In this document: piece by piece, positions 1 through 11,278 of the stretch
How the letters are laid out: each line of letters starts with the position of its first letter
How positions within the stretch are numbered: the stretch's first letter is position 1
Origin: Mesoplasma florum L1
Lineage (GTDB): Bacteria; Bacillota_I; Bacilli_A; Mycoplasmatales; Mycoplasmataceae
NCBI RefSeq assembly: GCF_000008305.1
Contig: NC_006055.1
Coordinates: forward strand, 761,225 to 793,224
Length of the DNA: 32,000 nucleotides
Reading direction: 5' to 3'
Notes under the pieces: model-generated
What the model was told of the DNA's origin: nothing
The model's database searches: none
The model's input: the letters and a program-made list of their open reading frames with translations, nothing else
Translations under genes and position numbers: made by a program

Positions 1-1687
1 TGGTAAAAGTGCGGATAAAATTATTCTTGCTTCCGATCCCGACCGTGAAGGAGAAGCTATTGCTTGACATTTAGCAAATCTTTTTGCTAAAGATAATAAA
101 GAAATAAAAAGAATAACATTTAATGAAATTACTGAAAGTGCTGTTGTTAAGGCTTTTGGTGAAATGAGAGAAATAGATATAGATTTAGTTAACGCACAGT
201 TGTCTAGACAAATGTTAGATAAAATAATCGGATATATGGTTTCTAATTCTCTTCAAAAAAGCACAGGATTATTAAGCGCAGGTAGGGTTCAAACACCAGC
301 ATTAAAAATACTTGTTGATAGAGATAAAATAATTAAAGCTTTCGTTGAAACTATTTATAAAAAGATTTTTGTTATGGATTCAAAGCAAAATGTTAAATTA
401 TTTTTATACAAAGACGATAATAACTTAGTTGTAAATGATCCAAAAAATTATTATATTTCTGAAGAACAATCTAAAGTTATTATAAATAACTTAGGTGAAG
501 ATTATAAATGTACTAAATATAAAGCCAAAGAATTTGAAGTAAGAAGCTTTAAACCTTATTCAACAGCTAGTTTGCTACAGGATGGTTTTAGTAAATTGAG
601 AATGAGTGCTGCTCAAATTACAGTTGCTGCTCAAAAACTTTATGAAGCAGGACTTGTGACATATATAAGAACAGATTCTAATAGATATTCTAGTGATTTT
701 GTTCTTGAAGCTAAGAATTTTATTAATAAAAATTTTAAAGGTGATCTTTTTAAAGAAGCTGTTCCTGTAAGAACTCAAGCTAATGCGCAAGAAGCCCATG
801 AGTCAATTAGACCAACAGATTTAAACCAACGACCAGAAAACATATCTTCACAAATAGAAGACAAAAATATGATTAGACTTTATAACTTAATTTGATGAAA
901 TACAGTTAAATCATTAATGAAAGGTCCTAGTGGTTTCTATCACAACTGAACTTTCTGAAATAATGGTTATGAATTTAAACAAAGTTGAAAAGAAGTATTG
1001 GATTTAGGATACAACAAATTGGATAAATTTGAAACCGATGAGGATGTTGAGCTTGATGAAAATGATGATGAGATTTCTAATGATGATGAAATCAAGCCAC
1101 CTTTTGAATTTAAGGAAAATTATGTTTTCTCAATTAATAAAAACGCAATAGTCACAGAAGAGGCTAAAACATCTCCACCAAGAATGTTTAACCAAGCAAG
1201 TTTGGTTAGAGAGCTAAAAGATTTGGGTATTGGAAGACCTTCAACTTATACTCCAACTCTTTCAAAATTAAAAGAACGAGAATATGCAATACCACATAGA
1301 GGTAAACCATTTGAAGTTACTGAAAAAGGGTATCAAGCAGAAGAGTTTTTATATAATAAATATGAAGATTTCTTCAATGTTAATTACACAGCTAAAATGG
1401 AAGAAAATTTAGATGAGATAGCAGAAGGTAAGTTTGATTACAAAGATTGAATTAAGACAATTTATGAAGACTTAAATGCTTCTGTGAAAGCTCAAATTCA
1501 AGAAGCTAAGACTAGCGATATAAAATGCCCTAGATGTCATGAAGGTAATCTTGTATTTATTAAATCTAAATTTGGTAGAGGTAGAGGTTGTTCTAACTTC
1601 ACAACAACTAAATGCGGATATCGTGAATATGAACAAAGAGATGGTTCATGATTAGAATACGTTGCTAAGCCAAAAGAAACAAAATAA
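1..1687 (+). CDS. topA: DNA topoisomerase I (5'-truncated by window)
   Basis: Frame 2 reads through several TGA(W) codons joining ORFs 164..895 and 998..1450 to a TAA at 1685-1687. Type IA topoisomerase features: SAGRVQTPAL, GLVTYIRTDSNR, AQEAHESIRPTD, RPSTYTPTL, and a C-terminal zinc-finger-like CPRCHEG segment. Confidence 0.97.
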
Positions 1688-1688
1688 A

Positions 1689-1719
1689 AAAACAAGGTTT
1701 TAAAAATCCTTGTTTTTTT
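1689..1719. terminator. Bidirectional intrinsic terminator between convergent topA and PD-(D/E)XK gene
   Basis: Inverted repeat aaaacaagg...ccttgtttttt flanked by A/T runs between convergent genes. Confidence 0.8.
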
Positions 1720-1720
1720 A

Positions 1721-2404
1721 TTATATTTTTAAAGATTTTAAAATGGCTAAAATTTCTTCTTTTTCAGTATTTGCTTTTAATAAAGTTTCTTCATCAATCA
1801 AATATATTTGTTTGTTAATTAGATTACAATTTATAACAAAAAAACTTTGTAACTCAAAACCTGAAAATTTTACTTGTTTAAATCTTTCTTTTAGTAAATC
1901 ATTATATAAAACAACTTGTAATGCTTCTTTGTTTTTAGCAAGTAATTTAGTTGTTTTTATATCTCCTATTACATACTTTTTAAGCTTTGTATTTATTAAT
2001 AACAAATCAAGTGTTCCAACGTATTCTTTTCCTATCATTGAAAGTTCGCTTATTATTTCTCATCCTTCAGATTCAGGATAGTCATTAGAAATTTTGTTTA
2101 AAACTCATAACAATCACTCTTTCATTTCAAAATGCGATTTGATCTCACAACAATTCTTAGTTACTTTTTCATTTATAAAGTTTTCAGCAATTTTATGTAA
2201 ATGTTTTCCTCTTGCAATTGCTAAATCTAATATTTGCTGACCTTCAGGTGTTTCGGCAAAAGATGTATCAAATACATGATGAGGAAGTAAATCAATAAGT
2301 TTTGACACACTAGGTTTGTTAACTTCAATTCCATCTAAATAATATTTGTGAGTTAACTCTTCAATTAAAATATTTCTTTCTAGAATTTTTTTTACTTTTT
2401 TCAT
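1721..2404 (-). CDS. PD-(D/E)XK superfamily nuclease-like protein (RecB/Cas4-like), 227 aa
   Basis: ORFs 2114..2404 and 1721..2038 share a frame and join through TGA(W). Motifs: RGKHLHKIAE, W-EIISELSMIGKEYVGTLDLL, YVIGDIKTT, LQVVLYNDLL. Confidence 0.7.
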
Positions 2405-2472
2405 TACACACCACCTTTAAACATTATTATACAAAAAAGATTAAAATATATAAAAACAAGGAAGTAAACTAA

Positions 2473-3168
2473 ATGCAAAAATACATAAAAAATTTTAAAG
2501 TTTCATTTTTAAATGATGCTAACAGTTATTTAATTGTTAATGAAATATCTAAAAAAGCAATATTAATTGATGGCGGTTACAATGCAAATTTAATATTAAA
2601 TTATTTAATAAATAACAATTTAGATTTAACAGATATTTTTATTACACACTTTCACCATGATCATATTGTTGGTCTGGACTACATCTCTATACAAACAAAC
2701 GCTAATATTCATATACATGAATATGATTTCGAATATTTATTTGACGTCAATGTAAATGGAACTCAAAATGGTCAAAAAGTTGATTTTACTAATCAGAAGA
2801 TTTCATTTAAAGTATTTGATAAAAATTTAAAGTTAACAATTAATGATTTCTTAATAAATGTTATACATAAAGGCGGTCATTCTAAAGGAACTACATTTTA
2901 CGAGGTAGATAACCAATATTTATTTGTGGGAGATACGCTTTTTATTGATGGATTTGGATATCATAAAAAACTTTTTAGTGACGCAGTCAACCACCCTTTA
3001 AAGAATATGTTTGATAAGACTTGTAATGATGAAATATTTTTTGAGTCCATAAAATCTATTGGTAACGAATTTAGTGAACATTTAATTTATCCTGGTCACT
3101 GAAAAGAAGGTTTTAAAATAAAAGAGATTATTGCGAACAATAATCATCCTTTTAATAAATTAAAATAA
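2473..3168 (+). CDS. MBL-fold metallo-hydrolase (YqgX/glyoxalase II-like)
   Basis: THFHHDHIVG motif, GHSKGTTFY, LFVGDTLFIDGFG, YPGHW. Extends through TGA(W) to TAA at 3166-3168. Confidence 0.9.
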
Positions 3169-3184
3169 GTGTTATCATACTATA

Positions 3185-3212
3185 AAAAAAGATGTGTACT
3201 CACATCTTTTTT
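3185..3212. terminator. Bidirectional intrinsic terminator
   Basis: aaaaaagatgtg-tact-cacatctttttt hairpin between convergent genes. Confidence 0.85.
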
Positions 3213-3213
3213 A

Positions 3214-3798
3214 TTATCTTAATTTCTTAGGTATAAATATAACTAAAAGTCCAGCTACACAAATTAAAATTAATATTCCTGAAAATGCTCCCATATCAAA
3301 AATTTGAGATGCTGATGTATAAATATCTTGCCCATTTGAATTTGTTATACTATTTGTTATATTAGTAAATTTAAGAACAAAAAATACTATAGAAACTAAA
3401 ACTAAAATAACTCCCACAAAAGCAAATAATCTTGACACTAAAAATATTTTATTATTTCCTTTTTCTTCCTTAACTTCAATAAAGCTTGTTAATAAAGGAA
3501 TGAGTGCTGAAAGAAAACTTATTGTTAATCCAGCAACTAAAAGTCCATAAGTGTCATGATATAAAACATTATAAGGAGACACTAAATTAAGTGAATTATT
3601 AATTTGCTCATTGATCAAAGCTATTTTTGATAGATTTATTACGTTTAAGTAATATAAATCATTTTCTCCATAATAAACTTTTTGTCTTAAACCTATTCCT
3701 TCAACAGCAGCTATTAATAAGCAACTAACTGTAATTATTACAAACATATTTAAAAAAACATTTTTATGTTTATTAAATCATTCATTTTTTATTATCAT
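3214..3798 (-). CDS. Hypothetical membrane protein, 194 aa, about 4 predicted TM segments
   Basis: ORF 3214..3747 extends in frame upstream through TGA(W) to ATG at 3798, with an AGAGGAT SD-like site. Strongly hydrophobic segments. Confidence 0.75.
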
Positions 3799-3839
3799 AT
3801 GATCCTCTTTTCTATTTGAATTATACAATATATATTATT

Positions 3840-5234
3840 TTATTTTTTAAATTTAGATTTTATTCATTCTATGCACATAAAACCTTCATTTAATTTTGTC
3901 GGTAATATTAAATTTAAAATTATACCTATAAATGCAGCTAGCCCTAATCCAGGTAAATTGAATGAACCTATGTCTATTCCTTCACCTAATACGCTAAGAA
4001 CAACTCCAATTACTAATACTGTAGCTGATATGAATACATTTCTCATATTCATAAAATCTGTTTTACTTGTTATCATTATTCTTACACCATTAATACTTAT
4101 AAATCCAAACATAATCATTCCAACACCACCCATTACAGGCTCTGGTAGCATTGATATTGTTTGGTTAACTGGTGCAACAAATGATAAAATTATAGCTATT
4201 ACTGCGGCTCCACCAGTTACTCACACAGATGCAACCTTTGTCATACCAATAACCGCTGTATTTTCACCATAAGTAGTGTTTGGTGGGCCACCAACTAAAC
4301 CATCAAATACTATAGAAACACCATCTGCAATAAGTGTTCTATGTATACCAGGGTCTTTTACAAAATCTTTTTTAGTTATGTATCCCATTGCTATATGATC
4401 GCCAATATGTTCTGCCATTGCAATTATTGCTAATGGTGATATTGCTAATATCGCTGGCAATATATTTTTGGCTTCTTGTTTTCATAATGGTTTGAATGAA
4501 GGATATCATTCTCACTGAGATACATCTGTTATTTTTGTTGTATCTATTAATGTTGAATTTTTCATTGAAAAATGAATAATCAAACTTAAAACGAATCCTG
4601 ATAATATTCCAATCATAACCGGAATAACTTTTGCTATCCCTTTAGCTTTCAATGTTACTATAATAGTCACCATAAAAGTAAATACTGCTATTAGTGCTGC
4701 AATTCATTGTGCATATCCCTTTGCTGAATCACTCCAACTTTTTGCACTTGTTATACCCGCATTAGCTAATGCAGAAGGTGCTGCGCTTAATCCAATTATC
4801 ATTATTAAAGGTCCTATAACAATTACAGGAAATATTTTTTCAATAAAACCAGTACCTAAATAATATACTAATATCCCAAATAATATATAAATCAGTCCAG
4901 CAACCATTATAGCCACAAATACTGAATTTCCATATGCTTGATAATTCATTCCGATCGCTGTCATATACGCAAACGAACTACCTAAATACATTGGCACTTT
5001 TGCTTTTGTTAAAGCAATATATATTAATGTTCCAACACCAGAACAAAATAATGCCATTGAAGAAGTCATTACAACCTCTTTAGCAAGTCCATTTATAATA
5101 ATGGGAACAAGCACTGTTGATCCAAACATAGCAAACACATGTTGAATAGAAAATATAAATCATTGTCCATAACTTTTTGGCTTTTCTCTCGGCTCTAAAG
5201 CAAGACCTATTTCTTCTTGTTTTAACTCTTTCAT
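3840..5234 (-). CDS. uraA: Uracil/xanthine permease family (UraA/PyrP-like)
   Basis: Three ORF fragments in one frame joined via TGA(W). HVFAMFGSTVLVPIIINGL, KVPMYLGSSFAYM, FPVIVIGPLIMIIGLS typical of the NCS2 family. SD AGAGGGG upstream of ATG 5234. Confidence 0.88.
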
Positions 5235-5256
5235 TTTCCCCTCTTTCCGTTTTTAC

Positions 5257-5289
5257 AAAAAAAATAATCGTCTATAAAAGACGATTATT
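5257..5289 (-). terminator. Intrinsic terminator/attenuator in the 5' leader of the uraA-type gene
   Basis: On the minus strand AATAATCGTCT-TTTAT-AGACGATTATT (11 bp perfect stem) followed by a T run, placed between a promoter-like site and the permease SD. Confidence 0.85.
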
Positions 5290-5356
5290 TGGTTGTTAAA
5301 AACTTGTTTTCGATTATTGGTGGATTTTTTAAAAAATGTTTAATTAATTTTTTCAT
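5285..5356 (-). CDS. Candidate leader peptide MKKLIKHFLKNPPIIENKFLTTK
   Basis: 23-codon ORF with strong SD (GGAGGT at 5363-5368). Its TAA is inside the 5' arm of the terminator. Confidence 0.5.
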   Translation of the reverse strand: MKKLIKHFLKNPPIIENKFLTTK

Positions 5357-5386
5357 AAAAAACACCTCCAACAAATCTTAAAATTT

Positions 5387-5392
5387 ATTATA
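5387..5392 (-). promoter_or_regulatory. -10-like TATAAT upstream of leader ORF and uraA-type gene
   Basis: ACTATAATAAATTTT on the minus strand, about 30 nt before the leader ATG. Confidence 0.55.
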
Positions 5393-5394
5393 GT

Positions 5395-6105
5395 TTATTT
5401 AAAATAAAAAATCTATATTCCTGTTGAATTTAATTGAGTTTGCAATTCTTTATAATTTGGGCAATACCTTTCAACAAAATGTCAAAATTCTTTTGAATGA
5501 TTTGGGTGTAAAATATGTGTTAACTCATGAATGATAACATAACTAATGATTTCATCATTAAAATGCAATAATTTTGTGTTGTACGCTATTTTAGAATCTT
5601 TAGGCAAACAATATCCTCATTTAGCCTTCATAAGTTTAACATTGACATTTCTAAATTGAACATTCATTTTCAAGCTTCAATCAATTGTTCTTGAAATGAA
5701 TCAATTTTTATAATGTTTAGCTAAAATACTATAAAGCTTTTTAACTTGTTCTTCTTGGTTAAAATAATTTTTCATATAAATCTTATTGTTTTCAATTTTA
5801 GATCTTGTTAAATTTTCATCTATTATTATTTCCATCTCTTGGTCAAAAACTTTAACTCAAGGTTTTAAAGTATTGAAATCATATACTGATGCAATTATAT
5901 GCTTATTTTGAACTGAAACTATTTTTGAAATATTTTTATAAATAATTTTTTCAATTTCTCAATCAGGTGTATTAAAAGGTGCACTAATTCTAACTTCGCC
6001 TTGTATAACTCTTAAAATGATGTGTTTCTGTTCTTTATATGTAATTGTATAGCTTAAATTATTGCCTTGATAAGACAACGTTTTTTTAATTTTTAAACTA
6101 GACAT
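5395..6105 (-). CDS. YgjP-like (DUF45) zinc metallopeptidase
   Basis: Manual TGA=W translation gives [39 protein letters not shown] plus HSKEFW is the DUF45 signature. Overlaps the ychF end by 8 bp. Confidence 0.85.
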
Positions 6106-7192
6106 TAAATTTAAAGAAACAAACATCACCGTCTTGCATTATGTAACCTTTACCTTCAAGACGCATTTTTCCAGATTCTTTAACTTTCTTTTCATCCCCT
6201 AATTCAATAAGGTCTTGAACATTATAAATATCTGCTTTAATGAATCCTCTTTCAAAGTCAGTGTGTATTACACCAGCACATTGAGGTGCTGTTCATCCTT
6301 TTTTATATTGTCAGCTTCTAGCTTCTTGTGGTCCTGCTGTAAAATATGTTTCTAAGTCTAGTGCTTCATATGCCGCTTTTATAACTTGTTCTAAACCAGA
6401 ATATTTAACACCTAAGTCATTTAAAAACTCAGCCTTTTCTTCAGGTGTTGCTTCACTTAAATCTTCTTCAATTTTGGCACAAATTTTTACAACTGAAGCG
6501 TTATTATTTAAAGCAAATTCTTTAACTTGTTTAACATATTCATTGTCTTCAATTAATTCATCATCATTAACATTAGCAACATAAATGAAAGTTTTTGCAG
6601 TTAAGAATTGGAAACCTTTAAGAATTTTATCTTCTTCATCATTTAATTCTAATGTATTTAAAAGTTTATTTGAATCTAAACATTCAGCAGCCTTTTTTAG
6701 AACTTCCATTTCAGCTACTAAAGTTTTATCTCCACCACGAACCTTTGGAGTTATTCTTTCAATACGTTTTTTAATTGTAGCTTCATCAGATAACATTAAT
6801 TCTAAGTTTATGATTTCAATATCTCTTATAGGGTCAACGCTTCCTTCAACGTGTGTTATATCTTTATTTTCAAAACATCTAACAACTTCACAAATTGCAT
6901 CAGTCTCTCTAATGTTAGCTAAAAATGCATTACCCAAACCTTCACCTTTTGATGCTCCTGCAATTAAACCTGCAATGTCAACAAATTCAATTGTCGTAGC
7001 TATTTTTTTCTTTGAATTAAATATTTCATTAATTTTATCTAATCTTTCATCTGGAACTTCAACAACACCTACGTTTGGTTCTATTGTTGCAAATGGATAA
7101 TTTGCTGCTTCTACATTTGAATTTGTTATTGCATTAAATAAAGTTGACTTACCTACATTTGGTAAACCTACTATTCCTACTTTTAAACTCAT
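6098..7192 (-). CDS. ychF: Redox-regulated ATPase YchF (Obg-like GTPase family)
   Basis: [44 protein letters not shown]. Extended via TGA(W) to TAG at 6098, C-terminus ...[15 protein letters not shown]. Confidence 0.97.
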
Positions 7193-7193
7193 C

Positions 7194-7391
7194 TTATTCT
7201 CCTTCTTTTTTTATTATTTGTTTTATTTGTTTATCTAAAACACTTCTTCTTAATTCTATAAATAAATCAAACTTGTCAGTACTTTTAAATTTGTATAGCG
7301 CACCAATGCGAATTAGTTCTCATTTTACAGTTCCACTTGGGTGCGATTTTTTAAAGACAACTAAATCACCGATTTGTAATTCTGTATGCAT
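7194..7391 (-). CDS. DUF951 family protein
   Basis: Translation MHTELQIGDLVVFKKSHPSGTVKWELIRIGALYKFKS matches the small DUF951/YyzM pattern usually next to ychF. Confidence 0.8.
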
Positions 7392-8095
7392 TATTTTTTA
7401 CCGCTCTCTTTAACTATTTTTGCATATTCTCTTGGATAAAGTTCTGGAGTTGATTTTTCTTTTTCATAAAATAAATTTATTCTTTCTCCGAAACCTGTAT
7501 CAGCAAGAGACTGTTTATTAGTTAATTTTATTTTAAGTTTTTGATCAATATTTTTTGAGTTTTTTATTTCCTCATCAGCTCTTGGTCCTTTTAACAAAAT
7601 TAATTTTCCTTGAATCTTTAAGAATCTAACGGCTAATTCTAAAATCACATCCAAATATGCAACAGCTCTAGAAATTGCTATATCATATTTTTCGTTTTCA
7701 ATTCTAGCCAATTCTTCTGCTCTTGCATGTTTTGCTTCAATTTGTTTTAGATTCAGTTTTTTAATTACAATGTTAAGAAAATTTATTTTTTTATTATTTG
7801 AATCAATTAGAGTAATATCTGTTTCAGGAAAAAATATTTTTAAAACTATTCCTGGGAAGCCAGGCCCTGTTCCAATATCTATAATTTTTTGATTATCAAT
7901 TTTTGTTTCCTTTGTAAATAATAAAGAATCTAAAAAATGTTTTTCATAAACATCTTCTTCATTTGTTATTCTTGTTAAATTATATTTTAAGTTTTCTTCA
8001 ACAAGTATTTTATAATACTCATTTAATTTATCTTTTATTTCTTCTGATGGAACAAAGCCTAAATTGTCTTCAAAAATTTTTCAATTATTAAACAT
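7391..8095 (-). CDS. rsmG: 16S rRNA (guanine527-N7)-methyltransferase
   Basis: MFNNWKIFEDNLGLVPSEE...; ITRITNEEDVYEKHFLDSL, IDIGTGPGFPGIVL, KYDIAISRAVA. Stop TAA overlaps the downstream ATG. Confidence 0.93.
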
Positions 8096-8168
8096 TGTTC
8101 ACATCTCCTTTTCTTCTTTTAACTTAAATTATTATAGCACATACCTTCTTTTTAAGATTGCTAAATAA

Positions 8169-8188
8169 AAAGGAACATAAGTTCCTTT
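8169..8188 (-). terminator. Intrinsic terminator downstream of pgsA
   Basis: Minus strand AAAGGAAC-TTAT-GTTCCTTT followed by TT-rich sequence. Confidence 0.7.
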
Positions 8189-8193
8189 GTTTA

Positions 8194-8811
8194 CTAAAAT
8201 AAATTTTTTCTTGCTTTTAAGAAATAATCCAAACCACTATATAAACTGAAAGCTACAGCTATATACATTGGAATTAAAATCAATTGTTCTTGTCAAACTT
8301 CTATATTAAGAGTAAATGAGCTAAAAAAGAATAAGATTGATAATCCAATCATTTGGAAAACTGTTTTTAATTTTCCAAAAATTCCTGCAGATAAAGTTAT
8401 ATTTTTTGAACTCAATATCATTCTAATAAAATCTACAAATATATCTCTTAGGATTAAGACTAAAGTTACTCAAACAGGTATTATAGAAATACTTGAAGCG
8501 AATAAAATTAAAGTTGCATTAACAAGAAGTTTGTCTGCTATTGGGTCAAAGAATTTCCCAAATTCTGTAACTTGATTATTCTTTCTAGCTAAGTATCCAT
8601 CTAAAAAATCTGTGAAACTTGCTACGATGAATACAATACCAGCTAATAGCATTGTTAATGTTATATGGAATGTTGAAGTGTCAGTTCCAATTATAAAACT
8701 TTTATCTCAATCACAAATGTTTGATATAACAAGCATAACAACAACAGGAACTAAAAGTAATCTTATTAGAGTTAATCAATTAGGTAGATTTAATTTTTGT
8801 TTTTGTTTCAT
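8194..8811 (-). CDS. pgsA: CDP-diacylglycerol--glycerol-3-phosphate 3-phosphatidyltransferase
   Basis: LNLPNWLTLIRLLLVP; TDFLDGYLARKNNQVTEFGKFFDPIADKLLV (CDP-alcohol phosphatidyltransferase motif). Confidence 0.94.
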
Positions 8812-10426
8812 TGTTTATTTCTCTAAGTTCTTGGGCTTCTTTGGCTGCCATTCAGTTATTAACTTTCATGTCTTTATCAATTTCGCCTTCAAATCCATTT
8901 TCAAATGGATTTATTTTGAACATTCTTTCTTGTAATAATCATATAACAATTGTCGCTAATAAAGTAACGATGAAAATAATTGTAAACATCATTCCGCCAT
9001 TTGTTTTTCAATTCATGTCAGATGAATCAATTAATTGAGGTGCTAAGAAAACAATTAATCCACATATTGTAAAGAATAAGAATAATGTTGTTGAAATGAT
9101 TGCTGAAGGTCAAAAGAATTTAACTTTACTTACTTTTACTTTTTGAGTTTTTCTATTTCACATTGCTGCAATCATTAACATTGATATAACAATAAATATT
9201 AGAACTACACAAACTGATGACATTATTCCTACATAGAACATAGGAGATGTTAAATAAGCAATGTAAATTACTTTTTGAGTTTCAGGATCAAAGAAATTTA
9301 TGTTTACATTTGTTGACATACCCGCTCATTTTCCATGAGATGAAAGACCACCTACTAAAATTAACGCAACATAAAAAGTTACTGATATAGCCATTTGTGT
9401 AAAAGCTGATTTTTTAAATCCATTACCACCTTTTCTTAAATATGTTAATTTCATATTATGATCTGATAGTAAATTAGACGTTCCAAAATGTGTAAACATA
9501 TTTATATTTAGTAAGCATATTAAAAACATTATTAAGTAAACAACTGTACTTGCAGCTTTTATTGATGTGTCTGATGGGTGTTCACTGAAACCTGAAAATA
9601 CTTGTATCAAAACAGTTTCAACACTTCCATCACCACCTAAAAATAAGGATATAGCCATTAAAACATAAAACATTGTTATGAATATTAATCCTGAAATAAT
9701 CGCGATTGGTACAACTTCTTTGTTTTTAGCACTCTTTTGAGTGTTAGCTGTAAAAATATAGCCATCAAATGAAAAAAGTATAGCTCCCATTCCCCCTAAA
9801 AAGTTCATGAAAAGTAAATCTGTTCCACTATCCATTCCCATTCCATTACCTTTGGGATTTGAACCTAATATTGCAATTAAAAATCCTGCAAAAAAAGCTA
9901 TTATTAAAGGTATGAATTTAATAAACATTGCAAAAAATTGCATCTTTCTTGAAATATTTGCTGAATACACATTCACAAAAGCAAATAGTACAAATAGTGA
10001 AACTCCCACAAGTATGTAAACACTCAATAAAGCTTTCGGATCTGGAGTTATTCCTGTGAAAGCAAAAAAGTAGGCAATAGTTAAGCTTACAAATATTGAT
10101 TGATAAGCTGGCATATAAATAGTTGTATATAATACAGAAACAAATGACGCAAATTTTCTATTTATGAATAATTTACATCAGTTGCTTACTGTTCCGTTTC
10201 CTTCTTTTTCAGTTGATTTTGCTATTTCCATAAAAACTACAATTGAAATAACACATACTAGTCCAATTGTTAGTCATAACACAGTAGCTATTCAAGGACT
10301 CTTTGTTTGGCTTATTAGTTCTTGGTTTTTAACATAAATTCCTGAACCAATACAAATTCCTACAATAAGTAAAAATAAGTATCAAAATTCATAAACCTTA
10401 GAACTTTTATCTCTTTTTTTAAACAT
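8780..10426 (-). CDS. APC-family amino acid permease
   Basis: Joined ORFs through TGA(W). N-terminus YLFLLIVGICIGSGIYVKNQELI, GGMGAILFSFDGYIF, about 12 hydrophobic segments. Confidence 0.85.
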
Positions 10427-10503
10427 CGATTTTTTCTCTTTCTTTTTTAAGTTAGTTATAAAAAAATATATCAAAAAAATAGAGGCAAAACAAGTCCAAG
10501 TAA

Positions 10504-10527
10504 AAAGACACATATAAATGTGCCTTT
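10504..10527 (-). terminator. Intrinsic terminator downstream of deoD / nucleoside operon
   Basis: Minus strand AAAGGCACAT-TTAT-ATGTGTCTTT followed by TTT. Confidence 0.75.
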
Positions 10528-10542
10528 AAAAAGTATTATTTT

Positions 10543-11250
10543 TTAGTTAGATTCAACAGCAGCATCTAAAGCAATTTCAACCATTTGCATAAAATTGTTT
10601 TGTCTTTCTTCGGCTGTCGTAACCTCTTTTGTTACCAAGTTATCTGATATTGTTAATAAACATGCAGCTTGTTTTTTAGCTTTTATTGCATTTGCAAATA
10701 AAGCAACAGATTCCATTTCAACAACATCTAAATTGTTTTCTTTTACAAATTCAGTAATATCATCATGACGGTAAAATACATCTGCTGAATGTGCTCTTCC
10801 AGTTAATGTTTTAATTTTTTTATCTTTAGCAATTTTTTCAATCAATGAATAAAGTTTATCTCCTGCTTTAATAACTTTATCATCAATATTTGCTGCTAAT
10901 TTAGCATAGTTACTATCTCCATATGCTTCTTTTACATTGTAAACATCATAAACTTTGATTTCTTCTTTGTAACTTCCAGCTGAACCAATTCTAATAATGT
11001 TTTCTACATTATAAAAATTGAATAGCTCATATGAATATATTCCAATACTTGGGCAGCCCATTCCGCTTCCTGCTATTGTTACTTGTATACCTTTATATGT
11101 TCCTGTGTACATGAACATATTTCTAACTTCGTTAACTAACTTAACATTTTCTAAATATGTTTCAGCAATTTTCTTAGCTCTTAATGGGTCTCCTGGCATT
11201 AAAACAGTTTTTGCAATATCTTCTTTTTTTGCACTAATGTGTGGTGTCAT
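10543..11250 (-). CDS. deoD: Purine-nucleoside phosphorylase (DeoD type)
   Basis: TPHISAKKEDIAKTVLMPGDPLRAK, GSGMGCPSIGIYSYELF, DVVEMESVALFA. Confidence 0.97.
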   Translation of the reverse strand: MTPHISAKKEDIAKTVLMPGDPLRAKKIAETYLENVKLVNEVRNMFMYTGTYKGIQVTIAGSGMGCPSIGIYSYELFNFYNVENIIRIGSAGSYKEEIKVYDVYNVKEAYGDSNYAKLAANIDDKVIKAGDKLYSLIEKIAKDKKIKTLTGRAHSADVFYRHDDITEFVKENNLDVVEMESVALFANAIKAKKQAACLLTISDNLVTKEVTTAEERQNNFMQMVEIALDAAVESN

Positions 11251-11278
11251 AATAATTCCTCTTTTTTCTAATATTATT

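Noticed and set aside
3871-4272. Plus-strand ORF of 133 aa opposite the uraA-type gene
   Set aside because: Antisense shadow of a strongly supported coding frame; composition and lack of motifs argue against a gene.
6585-7100. Plus-strand ORF of 171 aa opposite ychF
   Set aside because: Mirror of conserved ychF coding sequence; no SD or family signature.
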